Shown here in pieces: positions 53,020 through 64,000 of a DNA stretch of 64,000 nucleotides (positions within the stretch are counted from its first letter, which is position 1; every line of letters begins with the position of its first letter). Below the pieces are notes generated by a model, which made no database searches, was not told where the DNA came from, and saw only the letters and a program-made list of their open reading frames with translations. Source of the DNA: Octopus vulgaris (taxonomy: Eukaryota). The position numbers and the translations under genes are program-made. The stretch covers positions 64,728,001 through 64,792,000 of the forward strand of contig OX597828.1 in assembly GCA_951406725.2 (NCBI GenBank), read 5' to 3'.

Positions 53020-53160
53020 CGATTGGCAGAATCGTGAAACTGTTGGGAAAATATTTTGCAGGTTTTGTTGTGGATCTTAGTTCAAATCCTTTCAATTTTT
53101 AACTTTCATCATTTCGGATTCGATAAAATAAAGCACCAGTTATGTACTAGGGTCAATGAC
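53020..53160 (+). mobile_element. Diverged SINE family D
   Basis: ttggcagaatcgt..agttcaaat..ctttcatc..tcgataaaataaag.accagtt. Confidence 0.6.
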
Positions 53161-54801
53161 TAACATCATTCCAGATTTCATTTTGTGTCTATGGTAGAAA
53201 TGATCGATTTGCAATGGAGTCCAAACTCTTTAAGAGAATTCAAGAAGAGTATTAAAAACCAAAGTTCTTCAGAGAATGAATACATCGTTTTCGTATCATC
53301 GTTTTCGCAAGATTCTTTATGTGACACAACAAAATATGAATACATTTTTTTAAAATAGAACAGACGACATGACAGCTGAAATGGAGTATAGTGCATGGTA
53401 CAAACATAGTGTTTTCAGCAAGACTTTTAAAATTGAGTAAAATGGAAAAAAAGTAGCAAAACTATTCCTATAAAATATGCCTACTCCATTCTGGGGGACA
53501 CTATCAAATGCTACTACCAAATCTGGACAACGCCGACAAAGATGACATGGGCCATTTCTCAGCAGCTGTTTACCTACCTACAGGCGATATAGCATTGAAT
53601 GCTCTTTCTCTCATTCCACATTCGTTACTCTGTCAAAACTTTCATTAAATTTACTGAGAGACAGAACTCTCTCAACTTTCCTCTCTTCATTTTCCGAATG
53701 GGACTTGAAATTTCAACGATGTGTGGTCCGAAGAGGTAAGTATTTATTTTCAGTCCCTTTTGTCCAACAATCAACATTTTTCGCTTAGGCCGTCAAATAG
53801 ATAAAAAAAAAGTACGCCTTCCCTTATCAAAAATACACGGAGGGGGTTATGTTTTCAATGGACTCAACCTATAGTCAGAGCGTTGTACACTCGATAACAG
53901 CTATTTACAAAATTCTACAAGTTGGTTCTCCTTTCAACGAACTACGTGACAGCGGCACGAATTTGACCGTAGCGCAAACATTGGCTTAATGCAAAAAGTT
54001 GGTGGGAAAGAACGGGATTCGAATTCAAAACGGAAATAAATAAAACTGCATATTACAAGCCATTTTCTCGGATGCTTTATCATTACGTCTGTCATACGTA
54101 AACAATCTTTAGTATAATATGTTATGAAAAGTATATGGATAAATATAACCAATATCAGCTCTTTCTCCCACCACTATTCACAGCTTCTCTAAATAATTCA
54201 TATCTCACTGCTTATGAAGTTAGCAACATCTCCGATGTATTGAAATGGAAGTGACTCATACTACGCGTTGCCTTTAGCATCACCCATACCTCAGAAGGAA
54301 AATAAACATAAGTGTAGGAGCGATACGGATGCACAGCAAGAGAGATGAGGGATAGAGTGAAGAGAGGGTACGAGGAGAGGAGAGTTGTTCCTGAGGTGGA
54401 ATTATGATCTACTCAACCTGTGTTGCTGCAAGTCACGTAAGGACATGTGGACTGGTTTCGATGCTTCTAAATGATTGCATGACCTGCTAGAAATAGCACC
54501 TATAATTCATTCAGAACTTAGCGATTTCTTTAAATTGTATGTCCGACAATACACACACACACACCTAAACACATACATACATACACGCACACAGACTCAC
54601 ACACATATTTATATATATATATTCATGAAGGGATAGTCTCATTCAAGGAAATACTGGTTCAATACCTAGTATTTTGGGGGAATTAATTTCCTGAAAATAA
54701 TAGGTATATATTTAAAAATACATATTTATATAAAAGAAGAAAAAGAAAATTTAAATTGAGAAGTTAATAATTGTTTATTATTAACAGCAAATTAATCATC
54801 C

Positions 54802-54888
54802 TCCCTTACAGCTGTTTCAATTAATACTCAGTAAATATTAAGTAAATATTAAATCTATATACCCTGAACATAGTATCTTCAGTGGGAA
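54802..54888 (-). ncRNA. Hammerhead-like motif with long irregular stem II
   Basis: Reverse complement: TCCCA-CTGAAGA-TACT(...)AGTA ttaatt-GAAA-CAGCTG-TA-AGGGA; palindromic stem III ACAGCUGU. Confidence 0.5.
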
Positions 54889-56049
54889 AAAATATACCCT
54901 TGGATGTTGTATATGTGTTTATGTATTCTTTATAGCAAACCTGTTCGGGGTACCTTTGCTATAATGGATACGGATTATTTTATTTGTGTAAATTACAGAC
55001 GAGGGAGTAAATTTTGAACACACTACAGTTGTGAAAACAGACGAAAGGTGTTTTTTTTATCCTTATAAGGCGGGGAAACGTTACCTGCAGATGACCACGG
55101 TACTCGAACCGGTGCCCCTCGCATATCCGCTGAGTACGCCACCATTAAGTCAAATGGCCCGCTGAAAATAATGACCGTCAATTTTAACGCTAAATAATAA
55201 TAGCTTTGGGGATGAGATAACATTTTATAAAGAAAATTAGGAAGCGTCGAATGTGTTTGGAATTTTACAGACAAGAAAGCAATATAGCCGTGAATACAAC
55301 AGTAACATAGATACAAACGTGCACACATATACACACCACCCTGCTAAATATAAAACACACACATACATAGACCCATTCACACACACACACACACCATTGA
55401 ACTCTAAAACCAGTCAAAAATCCCCACACACATATGCACACACACAGAACCGTTCACACACACACACACATTCTTTCACTCACACCATTTTGAACTCTAA
55501 GACTAGTCCAAAAACCATGACAGACTAGCCCAGAAAGAAAACAATCCTTTTGATTCTACGAACAATTCTATATCAGATCATGTGAATGCTTCCCCAACCA
55601 TCCAACCTCCTACACATATATATGACTGGAGATGAAGAAAAAAGGCAGGCCATTCACCCTAAAATTCTGTATAAATATTTAAATATGATTTCTGATGAAG
55701 TTTTGACAAAGCAATACACACTTTCTCCTATCAAATACTGTCTACAAATTCTTTATGTATATATGCTTATATACAAACATGATTAATGATGAACTTATAA
55801 ATAATTATGTTATGTAAACTGTTTAAACACAAAGCCCCTGTCAAAGATTCTATTTCTTAACATATTCTTATCACTGTCAGAGACTCTATCACTATATTTT
55901 AATGCTTCTATGTTAACCATATTATAACACTACAAAGTCTGAGCGAAGCCTTACATTTTGCTTTTGAAAATCATTTTTTAAAAAGTGAAACCGGTCAAGT
56001 CAATAAATAAATGCGCATTTTCAAATCATCTTCCCTCTCTCTCTCTCTT

Positions 56050-56166
<117 letters not shown>

Positions 56167-57068
56167 GGAAATATATTGATGCGTCAATTTCCTCTTAGTG
56201 TTGGTAATCGTTCGTAACGTCCGTATGAGATGCGGCTAATCACCTTAATCTCGATATACATGCAAAACCCATTCATTTCTCAGATAAACTTCAGACAGAC
56301 ACACTGTTTTCATCACCCAGTGACCCGCTTCTCTCTCTCTCTCTCTCTCTCTATCTTCCTCTCTCCCTCTCTTTTCTTTCTTTCTTTCTCTCTTTATCTC
56401 ACAGGTTTATTAGCAAGTGATGAATTGTTGTTCAATTAGAGAAGACTTACTCTGGTAATTGAGTCGTTTGAAGATAATGTCTTAATAAACAATAGACAAC
56501 TTAAATCTTGTACCAGACTCGGCTTCCTTTCATCCTTATATCAGACATTAATACATTTGTAATAACTTATTGAGTTAAACGACAACATTCCTGGAACATA
56601 ATTTGCTTGTCATATACGCAATATATAAATGTATATAAATTACTTTTCCTTAGTTAGTTCACCGTCGAAGAAACAAATGCAGCACGGTTAAAACAATTGT
56701 TTTTTTTATAATCATTTATTCCTATGTATGTGTACCTAGCTTAAAACAATATTGCGTTATGTACACAAACGTCTATATTAGTTTAATCTATCAACATGGA
56801 GTTATATAAACGTTTGTGTTAGGCGACTGTTACAGGAAGCAAATTATCATTGCGTAGGAATTGAGTGTATCTGAAAATACTTTATATACCTTCCAGCAAA
56901 TAAAAAAGTAATTACTGTTTTGCTAGGTTTCTTTTATACATGTAAACCGATAAACTAAAGCAAATAAAAATGCAATTACAAACAGTTACGTCACTCTATT
57001 TCTCTCTCTAGGCGTGTGTGTGCATATACATACATATATACACACACATACATACATACATATATATA

Positions 57069-57134
<66 letters not shown>

Positions 57135-57329
57135 TATACATAAAATATATATGTATGTATGTATGTATGTATTCAGTGTGCGAGATGGATTTAGATATTT
57201 GAGAACACAGTTGGTAATTTAATAAACCAACTCTAATCTAGCAAAAACCAAATGTATCTTGATATACGTTTGTGTACACGTATTCGGCAATCTTTTAAGA
57301 TTATTCTATGAAATTGCCTCGAGTTTTGT

Positions 57330-58070
57330 TTACTGCTTCAATGCGAAAACGGAACTTTTAACATGCAGCCATTAAAAGACTCTTGTTCATTTGGGGCATC
57401 GCCGACACAATGGTGGCCTTTAGTGGTATTGTGAGGATATCGTTTAGTTTCCCTTTAAACAAACCTTCAAACGTAGAAGTCAATGGGATTTAAATGTGGT
57501 GAGTTTGGATGTCACAAGCTTGGTGTTACATGGTCGTAAAAATTGTCTGACGTCCATTTTTGTGTTACGTCGGTTTTTGTATAAAGGTGCTGAATCTTGT
57601 TGGGAGACACGTATTGCCTTCCACTGCGTTGTTCATTCCTCTTCCAGGCACCTCAACGTATCTGATAGCATCAATTCTTGGAACTTGTGGAAAGGTACGA
57701 GGCAGCATGGCATGATTTTCGGTACTCACCACATGTAAAAGTATCTCCGTTCCAGGAAGTTTAGTGTGCATCGCTCTATGGATAGCAGAAGCTGCTGCAC
57801 TTTCATACATTTGGTTTTTCCGTTCGACGTTCGGTTTTGGACAAAATTTTGCTCACTAGCGAAGAACCAAAGCATGCCACGTGGCTAAATATTTTAAAAC
57901 CTTTTTACGTAAATCTTTGCACGGAACAAACGGTTATCCTATGACCTTTGTACATATAAACCGGCCTCTCTTCAGTACATGCAAATTGTACCAAATGTTC
58001 TTGTGCGACACAGTTCTTATATTCCTCTCCGGCATCTGAAATTCCTTTACGATGTTTATCGTTGATTTTT
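57330..58070 (-). pseudogene. Decayed Tc1/mariner-superfamily (maT/DD37D-like) transposase
   Basis: MHTKLPGT..LHVVSTENHAMLP..FPQ..RIDA..YVEV; QQDSAP; TQKWTSDNFYDHVTPSL*HPNSPHLNPIDFYV. Confidence 0.8.
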
Positions 58071-58132
58071 CTCAGTTCAGCGTCGCTAATCTTTTGAACA
58101 TGTTAGAAGAATTGTGGTATCTTGATAAGAAC

Positions 58133-58295
58133 GCGCAGGAGAGGCTGTTTGGTAAGTAGCTTGCTTGCCAGCCACCTGGTTCCGGGTTCAGTCCCACTGC
58201 GTGGCACCTTGGGCAAGTGTTTTCTACTATAGCCTCAGGCCGACCAAACCTTGTGAGTGAAATTGGTAGACGGAAACTAAAAGAAGCCCTTCGTA

Positions 58296-58332
<37 letters not shown>

Positions 58333-58550
58333 GCGCATGTGTGTTTGTCCCCTCCCCCAACCTAACATCGCTTGACAACCGATGCTGGTATGTTTACGTC
58401 CCCGTAACTTAGTGGTTCGGCAAAGGAGACCGATAGAACAAGTACTAAGCTTACAAAGAATAAGCCCTGGGGTCAATTTGCTCGATTAAAATGCGGTGCT
58501 CCAGCATGTCCGCAGTCAAATGACTGAAACAAGTAAACGAGTAAAAGAGT
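58133..58550 (+). mobile_element. Full-length SINE family A with internal (TA)n
   Basis: Matches the other family A copies end to end. Confidence 0.9.
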
Positions 58551-58847
58551 AATATTGAGGTTAGAATCTTCCAATTCTGTCGTGACTTTATTTACAAGGG
58601 ATCATATGATATTTAAAAACTTGACCGCTGCCAGATAACTGTTCTGTACATATAACAACAACGATTGCATGTTTTTGCACTTGTTGTATTAGTATGTAAT
58701 CTCCTGGGATGTATAATAAAGAAATAGGGACCTTGTAATCGTTCTGATAAGTTAATGTGTTATTAATTAAATGTCTCAAACACCTATCGCACCCTATATG
58801 TATGTATGTGCGCATGTATGTATACATACATACATACACACACACAC

Positions 58848-58884
<37 letters not shown>

Positions 58885-58934
58885 TCATAGAAGTATATAG
58901 ATCGTGTGCTGAAACATAGTGGAGGTATATATAT

Positions 58935-58987
<53 letters not shown>

Positions 58988-59075
58988 CCTTCCATATACA
59001 TATTTTCAAATATGGATTAGGAACAGTTCGAGGTATATAAACATTTAAATCACATACAGAATGTATGTGTTGTGT

Positions 59076-59444
59076 TAGTTTGTGGGTAGGCTGCACTTAT
59101 GGACGAAAGCGAATATATTCTCATCAATGCACCTGGTTTTAAAGCACCTGGGAGTCATAGATAAGCGAGATAACTTGCATCAAGTTCCTTTCAGGAGTGA
59201 GGGAAATCGATCTTTCGTCATTTTTGTGACTTGCAACACCGCGTACCCGAGCTTGAATCGGGTCTCTTTCGGGCATGCGGTGCTGACAAATCACAAAAAT
59301 TATGATACATCGATATCCGTTGCTCCTGAATAGAACCTAGTGCGAGTTATCTAGCTTGTCTATGATTTCTATGTGTTTTAATATCAGGTACATTGATGAG
59401 AATGCATTCTCTTACGCCTATAAGCACAGCCTACCCATGAACTA
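59076..59444. mobile_element. Foldback MITE with about 175-bp imperfect arms
   Basis: tgggtaggctg..attctcatcaatg.acctg..tcataga.aagc.agataact..ttcaggag..atcgat..atttttgtga..caccgc, mirrored on the right arm. Confidence 0.85.
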
Positions 59445-60009
59445 GAAAACTACTTTCTGTTTGCGTGTTCGACACTGTATATATACATATATATGTGTGT
59501 GTGTATGTATGTGTGTGTGTGTGCGTGTGTGTGTATTTGTGTGTCCGTGCGTGTAACATTATCAATGTCATATATACTGAATGTATGTTAATGTATGTGT
59601 GTTGCCTACAGTATTTCATCCTAGGAAGGTCCAGTTAACGTTGTGAAGTATTGAAACCACAGTATACTTCAAAGCCAGGAGAAACAAACTGACCCATAAG
59701 CGAGCGAGAACGATGGATATTGATATTTCGATGCTATTTCTGTTCATTAGTGCCGTACAGTAAATAAAACATATTGAGTAAATGATAGAGATCTACTTTA
59801 TTTTTAACTGAATATTTTATTTATTATCGACACTCGTTTCGGGTTTCCTTCAGAAGCCAATCGTTTGGAAACTGGTCAGTGTCTGCCTTAGTAACAATTC
59901 ACCCAAACGAGAGTATCTGGATATTTTATGAATTTTTTTGTTTTCATATAATGTTGACGAAAAGAGCTCTTTATTCACTGCATCTGTAGACCTGCGCGCG
60001 ACTGCTGTT

Positions 60010-60425
<416 letters not shown>

Positions 60426-60799
60426 TGGAATCTGTTGGGAAATATAATAGTTTTGGTGGTGTATCTGTGTTAACACAATCGATCCGTCGCGATATATTCT
60501 ATATGTGATTTTTACACCAGTTTTGCTTGTTGAGCCTCAGAGCAAACCTAACGATATATATCAATTATCTACGCTATTGCTTTCATGATAATTCCGTGAT
60601 TCCACCTTTTTAAAAACATATATAGAAAAAATTTATATAATGTGCCTTGTCCTTACAAAGGCGTTATTTCTAGCAGATCGAATGGTTCATGCATCGATTT
60701 GTCGTATACAAGCATTACAGACATATACAATCCGGAGTGAAAGATTAACTGAAATTTTCTTGTTGAATATACAATCTATGATTTAAGATTATGTATTTT

Positions 60800-61330
60800 G
60801 TATATTGGCAGAAATTCACACAGTTCTATTACCAATAAACTACAAGAAAACAAGCTGGAATTTGGTTAATAATATCAACAAAGCTGTTAGTAAAGATAAC
60901 CTTAGATCTATTTATACAAGACTGCATAAGTATCCAAATAGAATCCAATAGATTCTTTATAGGATTTTTTCTTATGCTTAAGGATCATAAGATAGATTTC
61001 GATCGTAAATTAGCTATTAGGGAGATCAATCTTGTTAAGACTTCTACAAGGGTAACCAGCAAACATATCATTGATAGAATAGACTTTGAGATGTGCATAA
61101 ACGTCTCACTTTTAAAACTGTCCAGTTATAGATCGGATGTAGTTAATTGGTTTAAGGCTACACCTCATAAAAAGGGAAGCAATTATTCCTAGTTTGAAAT
61201 ATGTGGTTATTACGCATCGATCCCTCTTTCCATATTAATTGCCACAATTAATTTCGTTAAATCGATGTATCTTTAGTTATTCGATAAAGGAAGAAATTGA
61301 AAATAATGCGCCTTGTACGTGAAAAAGAAC
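60800..61330 (+). pseudogene. Decayed PLE RT N-terminal part
   Basis: LKDHKIDF..AIREINLVK...SKHIIDRI...DVVNWFK..HKKGSNYS*FEICGYYASI (compare LKDHK.NF..RLINP.K..SK.ILD.I..VI.WF..FDI..FYPSI). Confidence 0.75.
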
Positions 61331-61687
61331 TTATAATTCCTTTAAAAAATCCACTGATCCCTTGTATTTAGCACAGTTACCAGGAATCGACTGGAAACAT
61401 CGACCTCGATCCTTTGCAGACTGTGCAAAGTAAAAATCTGCTTTCTTGTATCCAAGTTGGTCCTTAACGCGATGAAAGCCTTTCAGATCTAGCCAATATC
61501 AATCCATACCTGGCTGATGGAGTTAAAATTCTCCCTTCATCGTCTTTAAGGCATGAATTTCTGAAAGTCAACTCACAAGATGTTTTTGCCCTCGGCACTA
61601 ACACTTTCCTGTTATGCGTACCACAGACCAAATGAAGTACATAAATATTTCTAGAGATGCTAGCAAGCATTTACTTATATTTCATAA

Positions 61688-62071
61688 GTGGAGGCGCAAT
61701 GGCCAAGTGGTTTGGGCAGCGGATTCGCGGTCCTGGGATCGCGGTTTCGATTCCCAGACCGGGCGTTGTGAGTGTTTATTGAGCGAAAACGCCTAAAACT
61801 CCACGAGGCTCCGGCAGGGATGGTGGTGATCCCTGCTGTACTCTTTCACCACAACTTTCTCTCTCACTCTTACTTCCTGTTTCTGTTGTACCTGTATTTC
61901 AAAGGGCCGGCCTTGTCACTCTCTGTGTCATGCTGAATATCCCCGAGAACTACGTTAAGGGTACACGTGTCTGTGGAGTGCTCAGCCACTTACACATTAA
62001 TTTCACGAGCAGGCTGTTCCGTTGATCGGATCAACCGGAACCCTCATCGTCGTAACCGACGGAGTGCTTCC
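61688..62071 (+). mobile_element. Full-length SINE family B with 11-bp TSD
   Basis: tRNA-like head ggaggcgcaatggcc.agtgg..ggtttcgattccc; TSD atatttcataa at 61677-61687 and 62072-62082. Confidence 0.9.
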
Positions 62072-62889
62072 ATATTTCATAAAATGATCATAAACAGCGC
62101 ACTTAAACTTGCCAAATTTAAATAAAAGCCGCGAAGAAATATCACTAGGTATTCTGGGTCCAACGTCACGATTGCTACCCCATTCACACTTTAAGCACTT
62201 TAAAGGGATTTTGCCTTAAATTGTAACTAGTACCTCTGGATATTTTAATGATATTTAAGTGAAATTTAACCCATTATAAATTAAGTAAATGTAAGAAAAT
62301 CAGTAATCAACATCACAGTAACCCGTGTAACCTTTCTATGTACAAGAATATTGAGGCCGAATAATTTATACCACTTACACAAACTCTAATGCTTACTGCA
62401 GTTTTACTAAACAAATGAAAATCTTATTTCCACAACTTTTCCTTCAGAAACCATAATAAAAGAAAACAAATATTTTATGGCTTCATTTATTTGATCGTTA
62501 AAGGAAATCAGTTTCATAGGCCTTTAAATGTAGTACATTATATCTTACAAAAAATGTGTGTGGAATGATCATCCCTGTAATAATACCGCGGATAACAACC
62601 ATATACTTTTTCTTTGAAACAATATTCTTCAACTTTCGGAAGGGCAGTTCTGAACTACAATCATAGATAACGTTTATCGTACAATTTTTCGCTCACCCTC
62701 TTCCCAAAACACGCCATACGCGTTTTATATTATGATATGTTTTTGCTCTGTGCATTATGTTTTTTTCAACAGTTATTCCTTTCAAAAGCATTTCCTGTTG
62801 TTTATTCATCTTCTAATACTTTATATCTTCCACATTATTCTCGGCTCTAATGCCAGCTCTATATAATCTGTTCTTGAGCAGCAGATTGA

Positions 62890-62945
62890 TACTCTTTTAC
62901 TTGTTTCAGTCATTTGACCGTGGCCATGCTGGAGCACCGCCTTTA
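62890..62945 (-). mobile_element. SINE family A 3' tail fragment
   Basis: tactcttttacttgtttcagtcatttgac..ggccatgctggagcaccgccttta. Confidence 0.8.
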
Positions 62946-64000
62946 GTTTATGTTTGTTTTGATTTACTTACCTTTTTAACCGAATAGTTCTATCTAATGA
63001 GTTTACAGAAACAGGTTACAATATGTTCTATATTGAGTACTTTCTATTCGACAATATCTAATTTAATGTTAAGAAAAATGTATGTTTATATATATATATA
63101 TGTGTGTGTGTGTGCGTGTGTGTGTATGTGTGTGTATGTCTGTATGTCTGTATGTATACATAATGTATGCTATGGTATTTTTGTAATTATGTAGATATAT
63201 ACATGTATATATTCTTATAAGTTTTTAACAATTCTTCCAGATCGCTCCCTTTTTATCTACCTGCTTATAAATTAACTGCCGTATATGCCTACCTTTGTAA
63301 ATATCGGAATTTCTTTCCCGTAAATACCTTAATCAACTAAGAGAGATTATTTCCCGATCTTTTGAATATCTTCTTTTCTCTGGCGTTCATTGGCAATTGG
63401 CCCTAGGCTTTTGTATTCTCTCGTCCGCTAACTCCAAGTCTCACGTCTGAATTCCTTTTGTTTTGTATTCAGAAAATTAGATTTGCCAACATCACTTCTA
63501 TTACTCTATACGTGAAAATCTAAGTGAACTGTTCTGCAGGCTCCAGTAAACTAAACTATGCTGAGGATCACTAACAGACTCAAAAATATCAATGATTGTC
63601 TCTTACTTCGGGTGTTCTTCTTCCTAAACAGCTAAATCAATTTTCAGCAATTACATTTACATTCATAGAAATGATTTCACCATCGAAGGCTGTTAATAAC
63701 TACCGTCAGGGTTTTGAGTCTTTCCTAAATCTATAAGATAAATTTCGATTATTAAGCATTTTTTCATAGTGAGTTCAGCCCAACCCCCTGTTAACGGTGT
63801 TATCAAACTTCATGACATTTGTCCATTTCGTTTATTTTCTCCTTAGCTCATTTTATTTTGTTACTATATTCAGATACTAAATTTTGACAATGCTAGGCAT
63901 CAGGGTTACTCGACCGCAATACTTAATTCAGCCTAGCAATTATTTTTGTAGAAGAATTTATTTGTATGACGAAGAAGTTAGACATAAAAAGATAATCAAA

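Overview
AT-rich eukaryotic DNA, saturated with microsatellites. I found no recognisable host exon, rRNA, functional tRNA or CRISPR array. The tRNA-derived SINE families (CORE-like and Nin/Deu-like domains) look like the octopus SINE set, so this is probably an intergenic or intronic region of an Octopus genome (inference from recall, not a database search). Nearly all listed ORFs are microsatellite artefacts or transposon relics. Mobile DNA present: Penelope-like elements (PLEs), including a stop-free reverse transcriptase (RT) frame at 3-647 that runs off the window; RTE, R4/Dong-like and Tx1-like non-LTR fragments; pogo/Tigger and maT/mariner-like transposase relics; non-autonomous Helitrons; a hAT MITE; foldback MITEs; and about 25 SINE copies. 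The most notable signals are (i) at least 7 minimal type I hammerhead-ribozyme motifs in PLE-type terminal repeats and small non-coding elements, including one with a fully canonical core inside a 543-bp-period direct repeat and several non-canonical cores (U3:A8, U6); (ii) two Tx1-like 3' ends inserted in a (GATA)n tract; and (iii) many long palindromes. Translations and alignments were done by eye, so boundaries of decayed elements are approximate.
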